64,000 bases of DNA from contig CAWFGE010000004.1 of NCBI GenBank assembly GCA_963815195.1, positions 59,451-123,450 on the forward strand. The letters run 5' to 3'. The notes under the pieces are model-generated. The model saw nothing but the letters and a program-made list of their open reading frames with translations. It ran no database searches and had not been told where the DNA came from. Shown here piece after piece: positions 21,774 through 31,886 of this stretch. Both the position numbers and the translations under genes were made by a program. Source of the stretch: an uncultured Planctomycetaceae bacterium. GTDB taxonomy: Bacteria; Planctomycetota; Planctomycetia; Planctomycetales; Planctomycetaceae. How positions within the stretch are numbered: position 1 is the stretch's first letter; every line of letters begins with the position of its first letter.

Positions 21774-21802
21774 TGTCTATCAAACTTGAGGGGCAAACGC
21801 AA
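21774..21802 (-). promoter_or_regulatory. Putative sigma70-type promoter for the retron ncRNA
   Basis: TTGCGT (21802-21797), 17-nt spacer ending TGA, TAGACA (21779-21774); predicted start ~21767, about 22 nt before the branching G. Confidence 0.4.
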
Positions 21803-21814
21803 GCATATGGCGAT

Positions 21815-21883
21815 CCGCTTACTTTGTGCGCGGCTCTCCGCAGGTTTCGCGGCCGGTTAAAGAGCCACGCACGCAGTAAGCGG
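21815..21883. repeat. REP-like long inverted repeat downstream of the DUF58 gene
   Basis: CCGCTTACT.TGTGCG.GGCTCT ... AGAGCC.CGCAC.CAGTAAGCGG. Confidence 0.65.
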
Positions 21884-21894
21884 GAATCTCCTCC

Positions 21895-23232
21895 TCACAA
21901 CAGGTTCTGTTGGCGGAGTTCGATGAACTGGTTGATAAGGGGGAGCGTCAGATGTTGGGGGAGCGTGTCGATCACGTGGATGCCGCCGTGCTTGAGGGCG
22001 TAGATCGCCCGGCCGCGGTCCCGCAGCAGCCCGAGCGCCACCGCCTGGTCCGCTCCCTCTTCGATGGACTCAGGCTCGGCATAGACGACCTGCCTTAACA
22101 GCGGCGTTTGCAGGGCCGCGAACAGCACCAGGTGCTGGCGATTGAGCCGGGCGAGGGCCGCACAGTGCGTCCGCGATGTTTCCGCATCGCCCAGGTCGGA
22201 GAGAATCACAAGCAGGCAGCGTTTGGATTGGCGGTGCTTGAGCTCGGCGAAGAGTTGCGTGAAGTCGGTCTCCCGCCATTCGGTTTGCAGGTCGTAAACA
22301 CACTCCACGAGCCGCCCGAGTGATTTGGGGCCGGCGATCGGGGCGAGATACCCGCGGAGCGTGCTGTCGAACACGCCGACGCCGCAGCGGTCCCCGCTGT
22401 GAAGTGCGACCCGCGCCAGATTGAGGGCGGCGTCGATTGCGCAATCCAACTTCGACCCGCGATCGGTGAGCGCCTCCATCAACCGCCCCGAGTCCACGAG
22501 AATCAACACGTCCCGGTGCCGCTCCACTTGATACCGCCGGACGATCGGCGTGCGCTGCCGGGCGGTGGCCCGCCAATCGATCCGCCGGGGGTCGTCGCCT
22601 TGCCGATAGGGAAACAGCGAGACGAACTCCGTCCCCGCGCCGACTTGCCGCGAACGGGAGACTTTGTCCAACAACAGCAAATTCGCCCCCACATCTTTTT
22701 GCAGCTCGTCGCGGGACGCGAACGTTTCCGGGAGTACGCGGATTTCGCCCCGGCAATCGGTTTCCTTCTGGACTTCCGCGAGATCCCAAGGCCCGCGGAC
22801 GCGAACCCACACCGGCCCGAAGCGGTGTTCGCCGCGCACGGGGATTCGGCATTCGGTGGTCATCGATGTGGCCGCATCCTCGGGCGAATCCGCTGCGGCG
22901 AGTTCAAACGGATGAATCGACCATTGGGGCACACAGTCCGCGGGGAAAACGTCCCGCAGTTCTCCGCGGATCGGTTTCGAGCCGGCGTTCATGATCGCGA
23001 GTCTGGACTCGAATGGCAGATTCCGCCCGACCAGGCCGGGCAGCGTTCGCGAGACAGAGCATTCCTGGACCAGAGCTTTCGCGGCCCGGCTGTCTCGCCA
23101 GAACGCGAAACCCAATAAGATGAGCGCCGCCCCCAAGACCCATAAAACCTCCACCCAGAGAAACGCACCGAATCCGAACGCCGTCAGCACGCCTGCGAGT
23201 TCCATCAGGCGGGGGCCGGGCCGCGTTTTCAC
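21895..23232 (-). CDS. DUF58 (VWA-like) protein
   Basis: GTEF.SL..Y..GDDPRRIDWRATAR, ILVDSGRLM, VILSDL; overlaps the MoxR stop. Confidence 0.9.
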   Translation of the reverse strand: MKTRPGPRLMELAGVLTAFGFGAFLWVEVLWVLGAALILLGFAFWRDSRAAKALVQECSVSRTLPGLVGRNLPFESRLAIMNAGSKPIRGELRDVFPADCVPQWSIHPFELAAADSPEDAATSMTTECRIPVRGEHRFGPVWVRVRGPWDLAEVQKETDCRGEIRVLPETFASRDELQKDVGANLLLLDKVSRSRQVGAGTEFVSLFPYRQGDDPRRIDWRATARQRTPIVRRYQVERHRDVLILVDSGRLMEALTDRGSKLDCAIDAALNLARVALHSGDRCGVGVFDSTLRGYLAPIAGPKSLGRLVECVYDLQTEWRETDFTQLFAELKHRQSKRCLLVILSDLGDAETSRTHCAALARLNRQHLVLFAALQTPLLRQVVYAEPESIEEGADQAVALGLLRDRGRAIYALKHGGIHVIDTLPQHLTLPLINQFIELRQQNLL

Positions 23233-24176
23233 CGGGGCACCTCGACGATTTCGAGGATTTGGGCCAGCACCTCGTCGGCCGCGGTGCCTTCGAGTTCGAC
23301 GCTGGGGCTTAGGATCACGCGATGCCGAAGCGCCGGCAGAAACGCTTCCTTGATGTCGTCCGGGTTCACATAATCCCGGCCGCTGAAGCGGGCGAGGCTT
23401 TTCGCCCCCATCAACAGCATCAATCCCGCCCGCGGGCTGCCGCCGACTTCGAGGGCATCATCGTCGCGCGTCGCCTGGATCAACCGCTGGACATACCCGA
23501 GCACTTCGTCCCGCACGAACGTCTCGCGAATCAACTGCCGGCTGGCGATCAGATCGTCCGGCGTCATCACCTTTTGCAACAGCAGTCTCTCCGGCGACGA
23601 CAACCCCGACGTGGCGTGATGGGCCGCCAGCACCCGCACCTCGTCCTGGGGGTTCGGATAAGAGACCAGCACCTTGAACATGAACCGGTCCAACTGGGCG
23701 AGGGGCAGCGGATAGGTGCCTTCCTGCTCGATTGGGTTTTGCGTGGCGAACGTGATGAACGGCTCGGGCAGCCGATGCGTGATGCCGTCGTACGTGACCT
23801 GGAGTTCCTGCATGGCTTCCAGAAGGGCCGACTGCGTGCGGGCGGAGGCGCGGTTGATTTCATCGGCGAGCAGGAAGTTCGTGAACACGGGCCCTTGGCG
23901 GAACTCGAAAGTCCGCGTGTCCTCGCGATAGATCGACGAGCCGGTGACGTCGTTGGGCAACAGATCGGGCGTCATCTGGATGCGGTTGTGCGCGAGGTCG
24001 AGCACCGCCGCGATCGAGCGGACGAGCAGGGTCTTCGCCACGCCGGGCGGCCCTTCCAGGAGCACGTGCCCGCAGCTAAACAGGGCCGCAAGCGAGTAGT
24101 CGATCACCTCGTCCTGGCCGAAGATCACTTTGGAAAGTTCGCCGCGAATGGCTTGGATACGTTCTTCTAAAGACAA
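23229..24176 (-). CDS. MoxR-family AAA+ ATPase
   Basis: GHVLLEGPPGVAKT, RIQMTPDLLP.D, LLADEINRA, ATQNPIEQEGTYPLP.AQLDRF; TTG start after GGAGG. Confidence 0.93.
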   Translation of the reverse strand: MSLEERIQAIRGELSKVIFGQDEVIDYSLAALFSCGHVLLEGPPGVAKTLLVRSIAAVLDLAHNRIQMTPDLLPNDVTGSSIYREDTRTFEFRQGPVFTNFLLADEINRASARTQSALLEAMQELQVTYDGITHRLPEPFITFATQNPIEQEGTYPLPLAQLDRFMFKVLVSYPNPQDEVRVLAAHHATSGLSSPERLLLQKVMTPDDLIASRQLIRETFVRDEVLGYVQRLIQATRDDDALEVGGSPRAGLMLLMGAKSLARFSGRDYVNPDDIKEAFLPALRHRVILSPSVELEGTAADEVLAQILEIVEVPR

Positions 24177-25480
24177 GCTGCCAACCTCCGCATCGCATCG
24201 AGTGTCTGGGCTTCCGTCAATCGGCCGGGCCATTCGGCCAGGCGATCGGCCTCGGCAACCGCCTCGCGAAGTTGCCGGGCGCGGGCCGGGTTCCTGCGTT
24301 CGATCAGATTCGCGACCAGATCGACGTCTTGAGTTTCGGGAGGTAGAGCATACCCGGTGTTGAGTTCCCGCAACACCCCCGCGCGGATTTGCCGGATAAG
24401 AAACGCCCGCGCCTTTGCCCCTTTCGCAAACAGCCGCCCCATCGCAGAGATGTATTCGCCGATGTCCCGGCGGGAATGCGGCTCGTCCGGCAGCGGCGGG
24501 CCGAGCAGCGACGCTTTTCGCCAGGAGTCCAGGCCGATCCACAATAACAGCCCCAGCGCGATCGCCGCGTACCCGGGCAGCGTGAGCAAAAAAAACGGAT
24601 TCCCCCGCACGCCCAGGCCGTGGTAAAACTCGTCGAACACGACCGGCTCGCCCCGCGGCGAAAGCAGGTACGCCGCCGCGACGCTGTTGTCCTGTTGCGG
24701 CAGGAGGCGGTTGCGAAACAGCCCCTCATCGACGACCAGGATCGCGCCTTTCCCGCGCGGGAACTCCGCGGCGACGATGCGTTCTTCGCCGTCTTCGGTG
24801 AAATAGGAAATCTGTCCCGCCGGTTCGGTCTTCTCCCACACCAGCGTTTGCTCGGCATCGCCGGGCAAGGCCAGTTCGCTGACGTCCTTTTGCCAATCGG
24901 CCAATGTTCCCGTGCAGTCCACAACCACCACCCGCGGCGGGACGAGTTCGCGGTTGAGTTCCTTCAGGAAGGATTTGGAAAAGTCGTCTTCTTCGTCATG
25001 CTCCTGCTGGAGTTTTTGAAATTCCGCCTCGTGGTTCGCCCGTTCAAACTTCACGCCCTTGAGTCCCAGCGTTTCCAAGATCGTGGGCAGTTCCGTGGGC
25101 GACTGGGACAATTGGCTCAGCTTCAAATCGAGCGGAGTGGCCGCGCGCACGGCGACAACAAGCCGGCCCCCACCTTCGACCCAGGGCAGAAGATTCTTGA
25201 GGTAGCGCGGCTCCACCCCGGCGATCTGCGGGTCGGGATTCAAAAAGGCGATCGTCCGGTTTTCCGGCGCGGGATGCGGCGGGCGGAGTTGGCGGTCCAC
25301 CTCGACGCCGAGTTCGCCGAGCGTTTCAAAAATCGCCCGATAGCCGGCCTCGCGTGTCCCGTAGGTGTCGCGGCCCATCCCGCCGGAATCCGGCGTCTGG
25401 AACAGGCTCAACCAAACCGCGATCAGGCACAGCACCGCAATCAACACCGCGATCTGGATCAGGCTACGCACGGAGGGCAT
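24167..25480 (-). CDS. DUF4350-domain membrane protein
   Basis: N-terminal TM, DTYG...GY, L..WVE.GG.LVV, VVFDEFYHG, C-terminal TM and EYI..MGRL; usual position in MoxR operons. Confidence 0.75.
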   Translation of the reverse strand: MPSVRSLIQIAVLIAVLCLIAVWLSLFQTPDSGGMGRDTYGTREAGYRAIFETLGELGVEVDRQLRPPHPAPENRTIAFLNPDPQIAGVEPRYLKNLLPWVEGGGRLVVAVRAATPLDLKLSQLSQSPTELPTILETLGLKGVKFERANHEAEFQKLQQEHDEEDDFSKSFLKELNRELVPPRVVVVDCTGTLADWQKDVSELALPGDAEQTLVWEKTEPAGQISYFTEDGEERIVAAEFPRGKGAILVVDEGLFRNRLLPQQDNSVAAAYLLSPRGEPVVFDEFYHGLGVRGNPFFLLTLPGYAAIALGLLLWIGLDSWRKASLLGPPLPDEPHSRRDIGEYISAMGRLFAKGAKARAFLIRQIRAGVLRELNTGYALPPETQDVDLVANLIERRNPARARQLREAVAEADRLAEWPGRLTEAQTLDAMRRLAACL

Positions 25481-26135
25481 GCCGGCTCCTTTCCGCAATG
25501 CCGCGAATGCGGGTGTGCTCGTCCCGGCAGCTGAGAAAGTCCTCTTCCCGGCACACATCGTGCCCGTACCACTTCGCATCGATGACGGCCACGAACCGGG
25601 CGAGCGGCTCAAAAAGCGGCGTCGCGCGATACCGGCGGAGCAATTCACGATTCGTGATGCCTTTGCGAATTGGCCGCTCCTGGGCGCGCTCGATCCGCAA
25701 AATCGCCGCTGCGAACAAATACCGCACCGCCGCGATATAATCCCCCCGCGCGGAGGCCTCCTCCGCCGCCTGCTCGAGGTCGGCGGGCATGGCGGGCAAT
25801 TCGCGCTGTTGCTTCGGCGAACGCCGCAGCGGCACTCCGCGGAATGCCCGGACGAACGTGAGGATAATATGCGAGATCAGCACCACAACCAACACCGTCA
25901 GCGCAATGACAATCACCCACCGCAGACCGTCCGGCAGTCCGTCGAGCAAGTGAAAAAACGCGGCAATTTTTTCCAAAAACCACAAGAAGAGCCGGGTCAA
26001 CAGGCCCAGCGATTCGGAGTGTTGCGGGTTTTCCAATTCGTAATCCGGCCGCGCAAGCACCTCTTTCGCTTTCTCGCGGATCTGCTCCGGCGAAGCGATC
26101 GCCGCCAGGATGATGCAGTTGAAACCGCCGTTCAT
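25464..26135 (-). CDS. DUF4129-domain membrane protein
   Basis: A...A.RGDY..AVRYLF, TNRE and KWYG motifs after a TM segment. Confidence 0.75.
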   Translation of the reverse strand: MNGGFNCIILAAIASPEQIREKAKEVLARPDYELENPQHSESLGLLTRLFLWFLEKIAAFFHLLDGLPDGLRWVIVIALTVLVVVLISHIILTFVRAFRGVPLRRSPKQQRELPAMPADLEQAAEEASARGDYIAAVRYLFAAAILRIERAQERPIRKGITNRELLRRYRATPLFEPLARFVAVIDAKWYGHDVCREEDFLSCRDEHTRIRGIAERSRHALRA

Positions 26136-26181
26136 GCGACCATCCGCCCCCAAACTTGGCTTTTCAGATTCTGCCGGACGA

Positions 26182-27003
26182 TCATTCGCCTTCCACGTCG
26201 TCAAAAAAGACCGGCTCATCGTGCGGCGGGGCGGATTCGCCGACGGCTTGCGCCAAAAGTTCCAGGTCGAAATTCTCCACGCCGGACCGGCAGGAGAAAT
26301 AGAACACCACAAACACCGCGGTGGAAATCAACGTCACCACGGACTGCAGCAAAGCCTGAACAACGATTTGGGCATGAATCTGCGGAATCAGTCCCGCGCC
26401 GCCTTGGATCATGCCTGAGATCACAGCGATCAGGATCCCCAACACCAGAAATTGTCCCCAATAGGGCTTCATCAATAACTTGCTGCGGCTTAACGCGTCC
26501 GATCCACTTTTGTCCTCGATCACGACGACGTACTGATAGAGTCCAAACAAAACGGCGAAAATGATTCCCGGGATAATACACAACAGCGTGCCCCCAAAGA
26601 CCGCCAGCGAGTACAGAATCGTGGTTCCCAACAAGGGGAGGAATTTGGAGAACCCCTTGCGGAGGGATGCGCCCACGGTCACTTGCTTGCCGAGATACCG
26701 CTCCGCCACGGCATAAGTCACCGCGGCATTGGTGATCGGCAAGATCACGTAACCCCCAAACAAGGCAAAGCCGAGAAGGACGGGCATGGTGCTCGTCAAA
26801 TACTCGAGTTGCTCGGCGGGGGTCGAATCGGGCGTGGGCGGGGGAACGGAGGAAACCATCAAAGGCGCGAAGCCGGCCAGCAGTTGAAACGGAATCCAGA
26901 GGCAGGCCAAGATTCCCAACAACAGGCCGAAGTTGTCCCTAATGACGGCGATGCCTTGATCCAGGCATTCCCCCAAACTCAGTTCCCGAATCTCATATTT
27001 CAT
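26182..27003 (-). CDS. Multi-pass membrane protein (GDPD-membrane-domain-like) of the MoxR operon
   Basis: IRELSLGE.LD, L.IIPGI, ALSRS..L.K..W and YFS.R...E.FDL; several TM helices. Confidence 0.7.
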   Translation of the reverse strand: MKYEIRELSLGECLDQGIAVIRDNFGLLLGILACLWIPFQLLAGFAPLMVSSVPPPTPDSTPAEQLEYLTSTMPVLLGFALFGGYVILPITNAAVTYAVAERYLGKQVTVGASLRKGFSKFLPLLGTTILYSLAVFGGTLLCIIPGIIFAVLFGLYQYVVVIEDKSGSDALSRSKLLMKPYWGQFLVLGILIAVISGMIQGGAGLIPQIHAQIVVQALLQSVVTLISTAVFVVFYFSCRSGVENFDLELLAQAVGESAPPHDEPVFFDDVEGE

Positions 27004-27117
27004 GACAGCCCCCTCTTCATGGTGGATCGAACGGTGCGTCCCGGTGAACAAGTCACCTAGGTTACAACCTGACCGCCCGGTTCGCCAGCAAGTTTTTGGG
27101 AAACTGTCGCCGCTTCG

Positions 27118-27969
27118 CTACGAGTCGCGGCCCGGGCGTTTGAGGTGGTGCGGCTTGACGAGTTCGGCGTACATTTCGGGCCGGCGGTCCGCCAGGCGGT
27201 CGATGGCGTGCTCGCCCGGTTTGCGGACCGCGGTCTTCTGGCGGGCGAGGGCGGGATCGATCTCGGCGTACAAGATCTCTTCCCGCGTATGATCCGCCCC
27301 GGCAAGCGTGGAACCATTGGGCGCGCAAATCCGGCTCCCGCCGATGAACTCGAACCCCCGCTCGTGCCCCACGCGGTTGACGGCGATCATATACACCGCA
27401 TTCTCCATCGCGCGGGCATTGATGACATGAGCCGAAACGCACTCGGCCCCCGGCGGCCAGTTCGTGGGGAGCGCGATCACATCCGCCCCCAACAGCGCGA
27501 GCGTCCGCGAAGCTTCCGGGAACGCCGCGTCATAGCAGATATTCATCCCGATCTTCACATCCCCCGCCGAGTGCACCGCAAACGGCCGATCGCCGTAGCT
27601 CACATATTTATCGACGCCCAGAAACGGCAGATGCACTTTGCGGTAGCTGCCAAGGACGCCCGCCGGCCCCGTAAGCACCGCGGCGTTATAAACTGCGTCC
27701 CCGTCGCGCTCCAGCATCCCGAACACCGCGAACGCGCCCGCTTCCTGGCAGAGCTTCGTCATCAACTCCGTCGCCGGCCCGGGAATCGATTCGGCAAACG
27801 GCCTCGCCTCTTCCAGGTCCTGAAAGCAATACCCCGTCACCGCGCATTCGGGAAACACGATCAATTCCGTCCCGGCGTTCGCCGCTTCCCGAAACCGCCC
27901 CGCCATCCGCTCCAAATTCCCCGCCACATCCTGAAGTCGAACATCCATCTGCACGCCGGCGATCTTCAT
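27118..27969 (-). CDS. Carbon-nitrogen hydrolase (nitrilase/amidohydrolase family)
   Basis: Catalytic triad motifs VFPE, YRKVHL, ICYD..FPE; terminal DRRP.MY. Confidence 0.92.
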   Translation of the reverse strand: MKIAGVQMDVRLQDVAGNLERMAGRFREAANAGTELIVFPECAVTGYCFQDLEEARPFAESIPGPATELMTKLCQEAGAFAVFGMLERDGDAVYNAAVLTGPAGVLGSYRKVHLPFLGVDKYVSYGDRPFAVHSAGDVKIGMNICYDAAFPEASRTLALLGADVIALPTNWPPGAECVSAHVINARAMENAVYMIAVNRVGHERGFEFIGGSRICAPNGSTLAGADHTREEILYAEIDPALARQKTAVRKPGEHAIDRLADRRPEMYAELVKPHHLKRPGRDS

Positions 27970-28144
27970 TCATTGGTTTCCTTGTCTTGGGTATCAAACT
28001 GCGCTACAACGCGTCTCTGTCTTCATAACGAGGTTAGAGGATTGAGGTTAGAGATTAGAAAGTGATGCGGTGTCGTCACGCGGTTCGATCCTTCATCCTC
28101 TAACCATCCTCACTCCGAAACAATGAGTCGTGCCGCGACCAGAG

Positions 28145-28513
28145 TCAATCCCGGTAGTCGCGGGGCGGGCGGTATTTGCCGCGGGGTCTGAGGAAGAACG
28201 CCAACGCAGCGATGACGAGCAGGAACGGGATTGCGACCTTCGGTTTCCAGGCGACCCAGGCGATGCCCAGGATCAAGCCGATCAGCGTCGTAATCGAAAC
28301 GTCCGTCCCCGCGGAATCTTCGCCCTTGGAAGGCAGCGCGAGCCACAGCGCCCCCATCAACAAACCCACGCGTCCGAACGCCCCGGCCCACATGAGCAGG
28401 TTCTCTTCGGGACTGTTGAGGCTCGCCGTCATCAGATAGCCGAACGCCCCCAGGCAGCCCAAGGCGATCATCCCCACAAGGGGCCGATTGAGTGTCACTT
28501 TTGCACCATTCAT
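28145..28513 (-). CDS. Hypothetical membrane protein
   Basis: Three to four hydrophobic segments; ATG at 28513 after AGGA. Confidence 0.6.
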   Translation of the reverse strand: MNGAKVTLNRPLVGMIALGCLGAFGYLMTASLNSPEENLLMWAGAFGRVGLLMGALWLALPSKGEDSAGTDVSITTLIGLILGIAWVAWKPKVAIPFLLVIAALAFFLRPRGKYRPPRDYRD

Positions 28514-28636
28514 TCCTGCATTATGGCGCGTGAACCAACGTCCCGGCAAGGCTTGCGGCGGAATGCCATTTCCCATTCGAGTATGCTAAAGTGACATCAT
28601 CAGATTGACCTCCTCGCTTCGCGAAAGGAACCGGAG

Positions 28637-29458
28637 ATGCAACTGGGATTGATCAACTCCGCCTGGGCGCAGGCGGGCAAAGACACGGCTTGGGGCATTC
28701 GCAAAACGAAAGAGCTGGGCTTCGATACGATCGACATCTTCACCGATCCTTTGGACATCGATGTCGAGGAGCGCTGCCGAATTCGCGATGAATGCCGCCG
28801 GCAGGATTTGCCGATCGTGTCTTTGTGCTGCGTGGCGGTGGGTTTGATCGATTTCAACCCCAGCGTGCAGCGTTTCCATTTGGAACGCGTGCAGGAGTAT
28901 CTCGATTTGGCGTATGAGTTCGGGGCCAAGAACGTGCTGTTGGTGCTCGGCGAATACATCTGGAACCGCGAGGTCATCCCGCCCGACGAGCAATGGCGGA
29001 CCGGCGTGGAAAACTGCCGATTGTTGGCGGAATACGCCGAGGACTTGGAACTCCAAATCGCGTTGGAACTGGAGCCGTTCCCGCTGTCGCTCTTGAACGA
29101 CGTGGACAGCATGTCCTGCTTTATCGACGAGGTCGATCACCCGGCTTTGCGGGCGAATATCGACATCTCGCATTTGCAACTGGCCGACGTGCCGCCCGAG
29201 GAACTCCGCAAGCTGAAGGGCAAGGCGATCCACGTGCACATTTCCGATTGCGACGGCAAAGTCCACGGCGACCTGCCGCCCGGTCGGGGCGTGGTGGATT
29301 TCGTGCCCTACCTGCGGGAGATCAAAGACCTCAACCTGGACGGGGCGATCTCGATCGAATTGGAATACTCCCCGGAGCCGGACAAAATTGAAGCCTGGGT
29401 CGCCGAGGCCTACGCCGAAACCGACAAGCTTTTGCAAGCGGTCGGATTGCGAGGCTGA
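28637..29458 (+). CDS. Sugar phosphate isomerase/epimerase (xylose-isomerase-like TIM barrel)
   Basis: IALELEP, NIDISH, HVHISD, PGRG.VDF, ISIELE; GGAG RBS. Confidence 0.88.
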   Translation: MQLGLINSAWAQAGKDTAWGIRKTKELGFDTIDIFTDPLDIDVEERCRIRDECRRQDLPIVSLCCVAVGLIDFNPSVQRFHLERVQEYLDLAYEFGAKNVLLVLGEYIWNREVIPPDEQWRTGVENCRLLAEYAEDLELQIALELEPFPLSLLNDVDSMSCFIDEVDHPALRANIDISHLQLADVPPEELRKLKGKAIHVHISDCDGKVHGDLPPGRGVVDFVPYLREIKDLNLDGAISIELEYSPEPDKIEAWVAEAYAETDKLLQAVGLRG

Positions 29459-29580
29459 GGTCCAACTTTCGCGAACTCACCCAAGCCGACTGCCGCGGCA
29501 ACAGGGTCCCAAAGTTAGGTCCGTCGACTCTCGAGAGGGTTATTTGCGCCACAAGCCTGTTTAAGAACGTAAACCGCTTC

Positions 29581-30438
29581 CTACAAACGGTTTTTGCGGG
29601 AGTGGCGGGCGATGGCGTGGGATTTTTTGGTGATTCGGCGGATGAAGGCCTGGTCCCGCGAATTGAGCGACCGCTGGAAGTACCCGTGCAGAAACCGCTG
29701 CCAGGTATCGCCCGGCAACCGGCGCGACGAATAATGCAGTTGGGCCAGATCTTTGATGATCCAATGCGACCGCAATCGCTGCCGTTCCCGCACCCGGCCG
29801 AGGTCGATCACGTAGATGTTGGCCCTCGGATCGTGTTTGGGGACGAGCAAATGCGTCAAGTAGAAATCCTGGTGATGCAAACCCGCCTGGTGCATCCTGC
29901 GGGCGATCTCCGCGACGCGGTTCGTCAGCGCATGGGAATGGGCGAGCACATCCTGCGGGACATCCCCAATCTGCATCGGCCGGTCCAAAAGCTCGGCGGG
30001 GAACTGCGAGTCCACCCAATCCGAAAGCTTGATGCAATCCTCAATCGCCGCGGTGATGAGAAACGAACAGGCCCCCGATTGCCCGAGAGCCACGGGCGTC
30101 ATCGTGGGAATGCCGACTTCGTGAAACCGCAGGATCGCGTTCCATTCGTTCGCGGCTCCCAGGATCGGTCTCCGGAGCCGGATCATCGGCTTGAGGTATT
30201 CCTTCATCGGCGATCGGCCGTGCCGCTTGATGTAGAACCCTTGAGAGTTCCCGCCCGGCGACGTCAGCTCAAACCGCATCGTGATCCGCTGGCTGAGCAG
30301 ATTTTTCGCGACTTGCCCATCTTCAAATTCCATCACGGCTTGAAACGTCGTCAACCCGTGCGCGTGCAAGACCTTTGCGAAGTCCGCATTCACGATCAAT
30401 CGGCCATCGTCCCAGGTTTCCAGTTCAAAGCGATTCAT
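29581..30438 (-). CDS. LPS core heptose/Kdo kinase (WaaP/InaA-like)
   Basis: FYIKRH, A.NEW.AI, MH.AGL.HQDFY..H.L, IDLGR, W.IKDLAQL.YS. Confidence 0.85.
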   Translation of the reverse strand: MNRFELETWDDGRLIVNADFAKVLHAHGLTTFQAVMEFEDGQVAKNLLSQRITMRFELTSPGGNSQGFYIKRHGRSPMKEYLKPMIRLRRPILGAANEWNAILRFHEVGIPTMTPVALGQSGACSFLITAAIEDCIKLSDWVDSQFPAELLDRPMQIGDVPQDVLAHSHALTNRVAEIARRMHQAGLHHQDFYLTHLLVPKHDPRANIYVIDLGRVRERQRLRSHWIIKDLAQLHYSSRRLPGDTWQRFLHGYFQRSLNSRDQAFIRRITKKSHAIARHSRKNRL

Positions 30439-31607
30439 CGTGCGCCTCCCCCCAGCGCTATATAAGAGCGTGATTGTTTCTCATGGAGCACCTCCTCAAA
30501 AACGACGAGCGTTTTTTCGATGTTTTTTTCGATCGTCATTTCTTGGGCGGTGCTCCAACAATGGGCGGACATTTCTTGCCGGGTGCCATCCGGCAGATCG
30601 AAATAGTGATTGAGGCAATCGACCATCTCGCCGACGGCGTGCACGTCGGAAATCAAATAGCCGTTCTGCTCCGGTTCGAGGATGTCCGCGCCGCCGGAGG
30701 AGGTGGTGGTCATCACCGGCAGGCCGCAGGCCATCGCTTCCAGCACGACGTTGGGGAAGGGTTCATAGGCCGTGGGCAACAGGAACAAATCGCCCGCACC
30801 GTAAAACTTCGCGATGTCGCTCCGCCGGCCGGCGAAGATCACGCGGCTCTCGACGCCCAAATCCTCCGCAATCCGCCGAAACCGCCGCTCCGGTCCGCTG
30901 CCCAGGACGATCAATCGGCCGTCTCGATGATGCGTTTGCTTGAGCGCCTTTAAGATCGACCTCAATCCCTTGCCTTCAAAGTCCATCGAGGCGAACACCA
31001 ACAGCGGTTCGTCCGCGGCGATCCCAAACTCCTCGCGGACCGCCGCCCGATCGTCTCGAAGTCCCGGATGAAACGCCGTGATGTCCACTCCGTTGTGGAT
31101 CGTGCGGATTTTCTCTTCGGGGATCTGGTAATACTCCTGCACCAGCCTGCGATCGAGCCGGGATTGCGTGACAACGCGGCGGGTGCGATCGGAGCGATAG
31201 ATGCTGCGTTCCAATTCGATCAACGTGCGATGCCGGGGATTGATCCGTTGCAGCCAGCGGTTGGCGGGGCGGTAGTTGACGTTGAGCCAATGCGATTGCA
31301 GCCGCTCGGTCACGCGGACCGCATCGAGTCCAAACGACCGCCCGAGCCCATACACCAGATCGAACCCGCCCGTCTCGGCGATCCGCCCGGCGTTCTCCGC
31401 AAACGAGCGGTTGTGCGTCCATGAGGTCAAGCGATTCACCGGCACCTTCCGAAACCCGACTTCGCCTGCGAGTTCTTCATCCATTCGCTCGCCGATCACC
31501 GTCACCTCATGTCCGCGCAGCGTCAACCGCCGGGCGAGGTTGACGCAATACCGTTCCGACCCGCCGTGCCTGAGGGAGTATCTCTTTTTCACTAACGCAA
31601 GTTTCAT
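30435..31607 (-). CDS. GT4 glycosyltransferase (WaaG-like)
   Basis: Y...GGSERY, IHNGVD, KGL, YEPF.NVVLEAMACGLPV; located in the LPS cluster. Confidence 0.88.
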   Translation of the reverse strand: MKLALVKKRYSLRHGGSERYCVNLARRLTLRGHEVTVIGERMDEELAGEVGFRKVPVNRLTSWTHNRSFAENAGRIAETGGFDLVYGLGRSFGLDAVRVTERLQSHWLNVNYRPANRWLQRINPRHRTLIELERSIYRSDRTRRVVTQSRLDRRLVQEYYQIPEEKIRTIHNGVDITAFHPGLRDDRAAVREEFGIAADEPLLVFASMDFEGKGLRSILKALKQTHHRDGRLIVLGSGPERRFRRIAEDLGVESRVIFAGRRSDIAKFYGAGDLFLLPTAYEPFPNVVLEAMACGLPVMTTTSSGGADILEPEQNGYLISDVHAVGEMVDCLNHYFDLPDGTRQEMSAHCWSTAQEMTIEKNIEKTLVVFEEVLHEKQSRSYIALGGGAR

Positions 31608-31674
31608 TACAGAGTTATCCGGTAATGGCAGAGGATGGAGGATGGAGGATGGAGGATAAATGAAGAATTCTGTC

Positions 31675-31886
31675 TTTACGCCGAAGGCGTTACATATCAA
31701 AGCCCAGGGTCAGCGGCGCAGCCGCGCCACCCTGGGTTTCGGATTCCAAAATTAACCTTACGCCGAAGGCGTTATATAGAGGATTTATATAACGCCTTCG
31801 GCGTAAGGATGTGGATCTTGGGTTCTCATTCACCCAGGGTGCGCTGCGCGACCCTGGGCTTCGTTATATAACCGCTTCGCGGTAAA
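31675..31886. repeat. Composite REP/REPIN-like palindromic element
   Basis: TTACGCCGAAGGCGTTA repeated in direct and inverted orientation plus two CCCAGGGT...ACCCTGGG hairpins. Confidence 0.75.

Noticed and set aside
21516..21802. Alternative identities for the structured region: c-di-GMP riboswitch, Y RNA (YrlA), HEARO/omega RNA, tRNA
   Set aside because: It lacks the GEMM core, a tRNA-like T-loop and a linked TROVE/IscB gene; retron msr-msd explains all the stems.
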